This document shows, piece by piece, positions 25,228 through 30,132 of a stretch of 30,132 bases of DNA. The stretch covers positions 1 to 30,132 of the forward strand of contig JAPYTY010000001.1 in assembly GCA_029942065.1 (NCBI GenBank), written 5' to 3'. The notes under the pieces were generated by a model. That model did not search any database. It had not been told where the DNA came from and saw nothing but the letters and a program-made list of their open reading frames with translations. A program made the translations under genes and the position numbers. The first letter of the stretch is position 1; the number at the start of each line of letters is the position of its first letter. The DNA is from Acidobacteriota bacterium (GTDB taxonomy: Bacteria > Acidobacteriota > UBA6911 > RPQK01 > JADFOI01).

Positions 25228-26274
25228 ATGATTTTCCGCAAGAAGAAACGTTTGACCGAGATGGTGGACTGCGCCGGCTGAGCGTCCAAGCTGGCACCGG
25301 AGGTGCTGGCGAAGGCCCTGTCGGGGTTGCAGGTTTATGAGGATCCCAATGTGTTGATCGGTTTCGACCGAGCGGACGATGGAGGAGTTTACCGCTTGGA
25401 TGACCAGCGCGCCTTGGTGCAGACGGTCGACTTTTTTACGCCCATCGTGGATGACCCCTTTATCTACGGTCAGATCACGGCAGCCAACTCCTTGAGTGAC
25501 ATTTACGCGATGGGAGGAACCCCTCGATTTGCGCTCTCGATCGTTGGTTTTCCGGACCAGCACCTGGGCGAGGAGGTGCTGCACGAGATCTTGCGTGGCG
25601 GCACCGAAAAAATGAATGAAGCCCAGGTGCCTGTTATCGGGGGACATTCCGTCCAGGACAAGGAGATCAAGTTTGGCTACTGCGTGACGGGATTGGTCGA
25701 CCCCGCCCGCATCTACAGCAATACCGGAGTCCGGGCTGGTGATGCCCTGCTCCTGACCAAGCCGTTGGGTACGGGAATTATCGCCACCGGCATCAAGTTC
25801 GACAAGGCCCCTGCTGCTGTTTCAGCCACCGCTATTGACTGGATGTCCCAGCTCAACGCCCCCGCCCTGGAGCAATTGCAGAAATTTCCGGTCCATTCCG
25901 TGACCGACGTGACCGGGTTTGGACTTCTGGGTCACGCCTGGGAGATGGCCACCGCCAGTGGAGTGACGCTGGTCTTTCAGGCGGCCGACATCCCCGTCAT
26001 GGAAGGGGCGGAAGAGCTGGCGAGGCAGGGGATGCTCCCTGGAGGCATCGAATCCAATCGCCGCTATGTGGGCTCGGGCGTCGCCTGGAATAGCGCCACC
26101 GAATTTCACCAACAGATCATGCTTGACCCCCAGACCTCGGGAGGGCTTTTGATCAGCCTGCCCGAGAAAGAAGCCGAAGGCCTGTCAGCTCAACTGGAAG
26201 CAAGGGGGTTGCTGGGCCAGCGAATCGGCACCGTTGTCAGCCTGCAGGATACTCATATCCAGGTGACCTCGTGA
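25228..26274 (+). CDS. selD: Selenide, water dikinase SelD, selenocysteine-containing form (348 aa, Sec at codon 18)
   Basis: ATG 25228 reads MIFRKKKRLTEMVDCAG-(TGA 25279-25281)-ASKLAPEVL, in frame with the track ORF 25303-26274 (DDGGVY, QTVDFFTPIVDDP, ANSLSDIYAMGG, GGHS, TDVTGFGLLGH, DPQTSGGLL). The TGA occupies the catalytic Cys/Sec position three residues before the Lys. Confidence 0.95.
25290..25310 (+). promoter_or_regulatory. Bacterial SECIS hairpin of selD
   Basis: GCTGGCACC-GGA-GGTGCTGGC: 9-bp stem with 2 G.U pairs; loop G is 18 nt after the UGA. Confidence 0.75.
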
Positions 26275-26314
26275 TTCATCGTGCTGGATACGGCTGAAGG
26301 ATTCAGCGAGGCCT

Positions 26315-26578
26315 TTATTTGGGGGCGATCTTGAGCGACTTCAAAAACTTTTCGTCTTGAGTCGTCAACTCAAGCTGGATCGCGGGAAGCTGTTTTGGGG
26401 CCGAGGAAGTTTCGTCTCGGGAATTGAAGCCGATGGTGGCCTCAATGATCAAAAAGACATCGTAACCGACATCGCGGATTGCCTCGATGGCCGCGTTTAT
26501 CCGGGGCGAGTCCGTAAGAGAATCGTTGATGGCGGCTTCCAGTTTCTTGCGGTGCTCCTTGAGCTCTTGACCCTCCAT
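26315..26578 (-). CDS. Small conserved hypothetical protein (87 aa)
   Basis: GAGGAG/AAGGA upstream and TG-G-TATCAT promoter at 26637-26629. LEAAINDSL...GYDVFLIIEATIGFN...QDEKFLKSLKI resembles an uncharacterised family I recall from Acidobacteria (not verified). Confidence 0.8.
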   Translation of the reverse strand: MEGQELKEHRKKLEAAINDSLTDSPRINAAIEAIRDVGYDVFLIIEATIGFNSRDETSSAPKQLPAIQLELTTQDEKFLKSLKIAPK

Positions 26579-26656
26579 TTGAAATGGATCCTTCTCCTCT
26601 GCTAATATCCGAAACCACTCTTAAAATCATGATACCAAACTCCAACCTGATGTAAA

Positions 26657-28261
26657 GTGGAAATCAGCCACCCAGCAGCAGCCCCCGGGCGCAACACAAA
26701 AGGCCCGGCCAAGAAAATAGTTTATCGCCCGATCGACGCCGCATCCGTGGATTACCAGGCCGATCTGGGAGATCCTGGGCAGTATCCCTTTGCCCGCGGA
26801 CCCTATCCGGAAATGTACCGCTCCCGGCTTTGGACGATGAGGCAATACGCCGGATACGCGACTGCCAGGGAGTCGAACCAACGCTATCGCTACCTGCTCT
26901 CCCAGGGAACGACGGGCCTTTCCGTAGCCTTTGACCTTCCGACTCAACTGGGCTTGGACTCGGACCATCCGCTGGCCGCCGGGGAGGTGGGAAAGGTGGG
27001 GGTGGCCATCGACAGCCTGGAAGACATGGAACAGTTGTTCGAAGGCATTCCATTGGCCGATGTTTCGACCTCCATGACGATCAATGCCCCTGCCTGCATC
27101 CTCCTTGCGATGTACCTGGTGGTGGCCACGAGGCAGGGTGTGCCAGGGAAGGAACTCCGGGGAACGGTGCAAAACGACATCCTCAAGGAATACATCGCTC
27201 GAGGGACTTACATCTACCCTCCCCGGCCGTCCTTGCGAATCGCCACCGACATGATCGCTTTTTGCAGCAAGGAGGTTCCCCGCTGGAATGCCATTTCCAT
27301 CAGCGGCTACCATATTCGCGAAGCCGGCTGTAGTGCGGTCCAGGAAATAGCCTTCACTCTGGCCAATGGCGAGACCTACGTCAGGGCTGCCACCGAGGCA
27401 GGCCTGAAGATAGATGAGTTCGCCTCGGGCCTTTCCTTTTTCTTCAGCAGTTACAATGATGTCTTCGTGGAGGTAGCCAAGTTCAGAGCAGCCCGTCGCC
27501 TATGGGCGCGATTGATGCGCGATCGACTGGGCGCACGCAAACCCGGGTCCTGGAGGCTGCGCTTTCACGCGCAAACGGCCGGCGTGACGCTCAGCGCCAG
27601 GAACCCTGAAAATAACATCGTGAGGGTGGCCCTGCAGGCGCTTGCCGCTGTGCTCGGCGGCGCCCAATCGCTGCACACCAATGGCCAGGATGAGGCCCTT
27701 GGTTTGCCCACCGAGCAGTCGGCGGCACTGGCCTTGAGGACCCAGCAAATCCTGGCCTATGAGAGCGGCGTTGCAGAGGTCGCCGATCCTTTGGGGGGAA
27801 GCTGGTATGTCGAGAGGCTGACTCAGCAACTGGAAGAAGAAGCCGAGGCTTATTTGGAGAAAATCCGGTCTCTGGGGGGAATGCTTCAGGCCATTGAAAA
27901 GGGCTTTGTCCAGCGCGAGATCCAGGACGCCGCTTACGAGGAACTGAAGCGCCAGGAGTCAGGCGAGCAGGTGGTGGTTGGAGTGGACCGCTTTGAGAGT
28001 GAAGAAAGCGTCCCGATAGAAGTCCTTCGGGTGGAACCGGAAATCGAACAGAAGCAAGTGGGCGCACTTGAATCCTTGCGCCGCCGCCGCAACGACGACC
28101 AGGTAAGCAAGGCCCTGGATGAGATCCGACGTGTGGCGGGGTCTCGTGAAAACCTGATGCCTGGGCTCATCGAGGCGGTTCAATCGCAGGCTACGGTTGG
28201 GGAAATGGCCGACGCCATGAGAGACGTTTTTGGAGAGCACAGGGAAAGGGTTGTCATCTAG
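26657..28261 (+). CDS. Methylmalonyl-CoA mutase family, substrate-binding (large) subunit of a split enzyme
   Basis: [17 protein letters not shown] (Tyr at the specificity position), [53 protein letters not shown]. No DxHxxG B12-binding domain, so the small subunit is encoded elsewhere. Confidence 0.93.
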   Translation: MEISHPAAAPGRNTKGPAKKIVYRPIDAASVDYQADLGDPGQYPFARGPYPEMYRSRLWTMRQYAGYATARESNQRYRYLLSQGTTGLSVAFDLPTQLGLDSDHPLAAGEVGKVGVAIDSLEDMEQLFEGIPLADVSTSMTINAPACILLAMYLVVATRQGVPGKELRGTVQNDILKEYIARGTYIYPPRPSLRIATDMIAFCSKEVPRWNAISISGYHIREAGCSAVQEIAFTLANGETYVRAATEAGLKIDEFASGLSFFFSSYNDVFVEVAKFRAARRLWARLMRDRLGARKPGSWRLRFHAQTAGVTLSARNPENNIVRVALQALAAVLGGAQSLHTNGQDEALGLPTEQSAALALRTQQILAYESGVAEVADPLGGSWYVERLTQQLEEEAEAYLEKIRSLGGMLQAIEKGFVQREIQDAAYEELKRQESGEQVVVGVDRFESEESVPIEVLRVEPEIEQKQVGALESLRRRRNDDQVSKALDEIRRVAGSRENLMPGLIEAVQSQATVGEMADAMRDVFGEHRERVVI

Positions 28262-28317
28262 GCACCTCGCTTCGCGAATTCGACGTCGCCGCGCCTGCCA
28301 CAAACGCCACTGCATTA

Positions 28318-29541
28318 ATGGAACGAGGCACCAAGAGAATGCTGAGTTACGAAGAGGCGCTTGAGAAGCTTCTGGGCCATATCCCGGAACCAAAGCCTGC
28401 CCGCGTGCCCCTGCGAGAGGCCTTGGGGCGAGTGCTGGCAGCTCCTGTGCTGGCCGATTCCGACCTTCCGCCCTTCAAGAAATCCTTCGTCGACGGGTTT
28501 GCCGTCCGCAGTCAGGATGTCGGCCAGGCTCCGGTCAAGCTGGAAATTGTTGGGATCGTTGCTGCGGGAGACCTGGAACAGCCTCGCCTTGAAAGCGGCC
28601 AGGCCGTTCAAATCATGACCGGCGCCCCCCTTCCCGCAGAGGCCGATGCGGTGCAAATGGTGGAGAAGACCCATCGGGTGAGTGAATCGGAGGTAGAACT
28701 TCTGGAGCCGGTCGGACCCGCCGATAACGTAGCAGCCCGGGGAAGCGAAGTGCAGGAGGGAGAGACGGTCCTGTCTCGAGGGAGGGTCGTCGGGGCGGCG
28801 GAGGCAGGCGTGCTGGCAACTTTTGGCCAGGCGGAAGTCGAGATTTTTGCGGCCCCTCGGGTTGCCGTGATTCCCACCGGCGACGAACTGGTGGCAGTGG
28901 ACCAAAAACCAGCCTTCGGCCAGATCCGAAATTCCAACGCCTATACCCTATGGGCTCAATGCCGGCGCCTGGGGTTGGATGCGAGAGTTCTGCCGCCGGT
29001 TCCCGATGAGCCCGATCAGGTGCGCCGAAGTATCCAGGAGGGATTGAGGTGCGATCTGGCGATTTTCACCGGCGGCGTTTCGATGGGCGAGTACGACTAT
29101 GTCCCTCGGGTGCTGGCCGAGGAGGATGTCACCATTTTTTTTCATAAGGCGGCCATCAAGCCCGGCAAGCCGATCCTGGTGGGCAAAAAAGGAGACCATG
29201 TGATCTTTGGGCTACCTGGAAATCCAGTCTCGGCCTTTGTCACTTTCGAGTTGTTCGTGCGGCCCGCAGTTCGCCGGTGGATGGGCTTCCAAAGACACTC
29301 TTTACGGAAGGTTTCCGGAGAACTTGTCGCCCCCGCCAAGCAAAAACCCGGGCGAAAGTTCTTCAAGCAGGCGAGGACTGATTGGGTGGAGGGTCGGTTC
29401 CAGGTTCGGCCCATCGAAACCCAGGGTTCGTCCGACCTGGTGGCCTTTTCTTCGGCCAACTCCCTATTGATCCTGGAGGCGGATGTGGCCCACTTGAAAG
29501 CGGGCCAGAAAGTTGAGGTTCTTTTGTTAAACGATGAATAA
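28318..29541 (+). CDS. moeA: Molybdopterin molybdotransferase MoeA
   Basis: [65 protein letters not shown]. The start may be ATG 28339. Confidence 0.96.
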   Translation: MERGTKRMLSYEEALEKLLGHIPEPKPARVPLREALGRVLAAPVLADSDLPPFKKSFVDGFAVRSQDVGQAPVKLEIVGIVAAGDLEQPRLESGQAVQIMTGAPLPAEADAVQMVEKTHRVSESEVELLEPVGPADNVAARGSEVQEGETVLSRGRVVGAAEAGVLATFGQAEVEIFAAPRVAVIPTGDELVAVDQKPAFGQIRNSNAYTLWAQCRRLGLDARVLPPVPDEPDQVRRSIQEGLRCDLAIFTGGVSMGEYDYVPRVLAEEDVTIFFHKAAIKPGKPILVGKKGDHVIFGLPGNPVSAFVTFELFVRPAVRRWMGFQRHSLRKVSGELVAPAKQKPGRKFFKQARTDWVEGRFQVRPIETQGSSDLVAFSSANSLLILEADVAHLKAGQKVEVLLLNDE

Positions 29542-29995
29542 GAAATTGACTCACTTGGATGCGCAGGGCTCGGCCAAAATGGTCGATATCGGGGAGAAGC
29601 AGGTGGTCCGGAGGACCGCTCGCGCCGAAGGCAGCGTTCGACTCTCGCCCGGGACCGCCAATGTAATTCTTGCGGCGGGCCTACCCAAAGGGAACCCATT
29701 TGAAGTCGCCCGCCTGGCGGGGATACAGGCGGCCAAGCAAACCAGTTGCCTCATCCCCCTTTGCCATGACTTGAACCTTGATTTTGTCGATGTCCAGATC
29801 GAACTGGCGGAAGACGAGTTGTTGATTCGCAGCCAGGTTGCCTGCCGCTGGGCTACCGGCGTGGAGATGGAAGCCCTGACGGCAGTTTCTGTGGCAGCTT
29901 TGACCCTCTACGATATGTGCAAAGCGGCGGATAAGGAGATGGCCATCACCCAGATTCGATTGGTGGAAAAGACCAAGGAGCAGGCTGAGCCCTGA
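29534..29995 (+). CDS. moaC: Cyclic pyranopterin monophosphate synthase MoaC
   Basis: [48 protein letters not shown]. Confidence 0.96.
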   Translation: MNKKLTHLDAQGSAKMVDIGEKQVVRRTARAEGSVRLSPGTANVILAAGLPKGNPFEVARLAGIQAAKQTSCLIPLCHDLNLDFVDVQIELAEDELLIRSQVACRWATGVEMEALTAVSVAALTLYDMCKAADKEMAITQIRLVEKTKEQAEP

Positions 29996-30015
29996 GCGCA
30001 GAGACGCAGAGAAGA
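29996..30015 (-). repeat. Octamer repeat, same family as 4873-4896
   Basis: Reverse complement TCTT CTCTGCGT CTCTGCGC, immediately after the moaC stop. Confidence 0.55.
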
Positions 30016-30132
30016 CTGGCCCAGGGCGTGCCGCCCTGCGCCAGGTTCTGTCGCTCCTTCGGGGCGCACTGAGTGCGCCAACCGCAAGGACGGTGATGTC
30101 AAGGAGGGCTCGCCCCAGCCCAGGCCGCCCCC

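Noticed and set aside
26657-28261. Alternative acyl-CoA mutase specificity (isobutyryl- or 2-hydroxyisobutyryl-CoA mutase)
   Set aside because: RQYAG has Tyr and the downstream Arg (YIARGT) is present, as in methylmalonyl-CoA mutases.

Overview
Chromosomal housekeeping region, about 60% GC. It is probably from an Acidobacteriota genome (inference from the VWFA-type exported protein, the short Jag, and a small 87-aa protein I recall as conserved in that phylum). It holds rpmE-prfA-prmC-hinT-folE, tyrA, rnhB-pcm, pheA, the classic origin-proximal cluster (rpmH-rnpA-yidD-yidC-jag-mnmE; mnmG-parA-parB plus a perfect parS), methylmalonyl-CoA mutase, moeA and moaC. I see no transposase, integrase, prophage or CRISPR array. 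Main points beyond the ORF track: (1) a candidate oriC at about 14645-14961, not next to dnaA, with tandem DnaA boxes, DnaA-trios and an AT-rich unwinding element directly behind tRNA-Sec, at the bottom of a broad GC trough; (2) a stand-alone 1441-aa ElbD-like reductase/adenylation/ACP/acyltransferase fusion (ether-lipid type) whose adenylation domain has lost its P-loop glycines and catalytic lysine; (3) selenocysteine machinery: tRNA-Sec and a UGA-containing SelD with a SECIS hairpin; (4) a broken exported-protein gene at 8904-9595 whose in-frame UGA is followed by a hairpin resembling the selD SECIS; (5) leaderless-type and bidirectional promoters, and several intergenic repeat families. 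All coordinates, GC counts and structures were read by hand.
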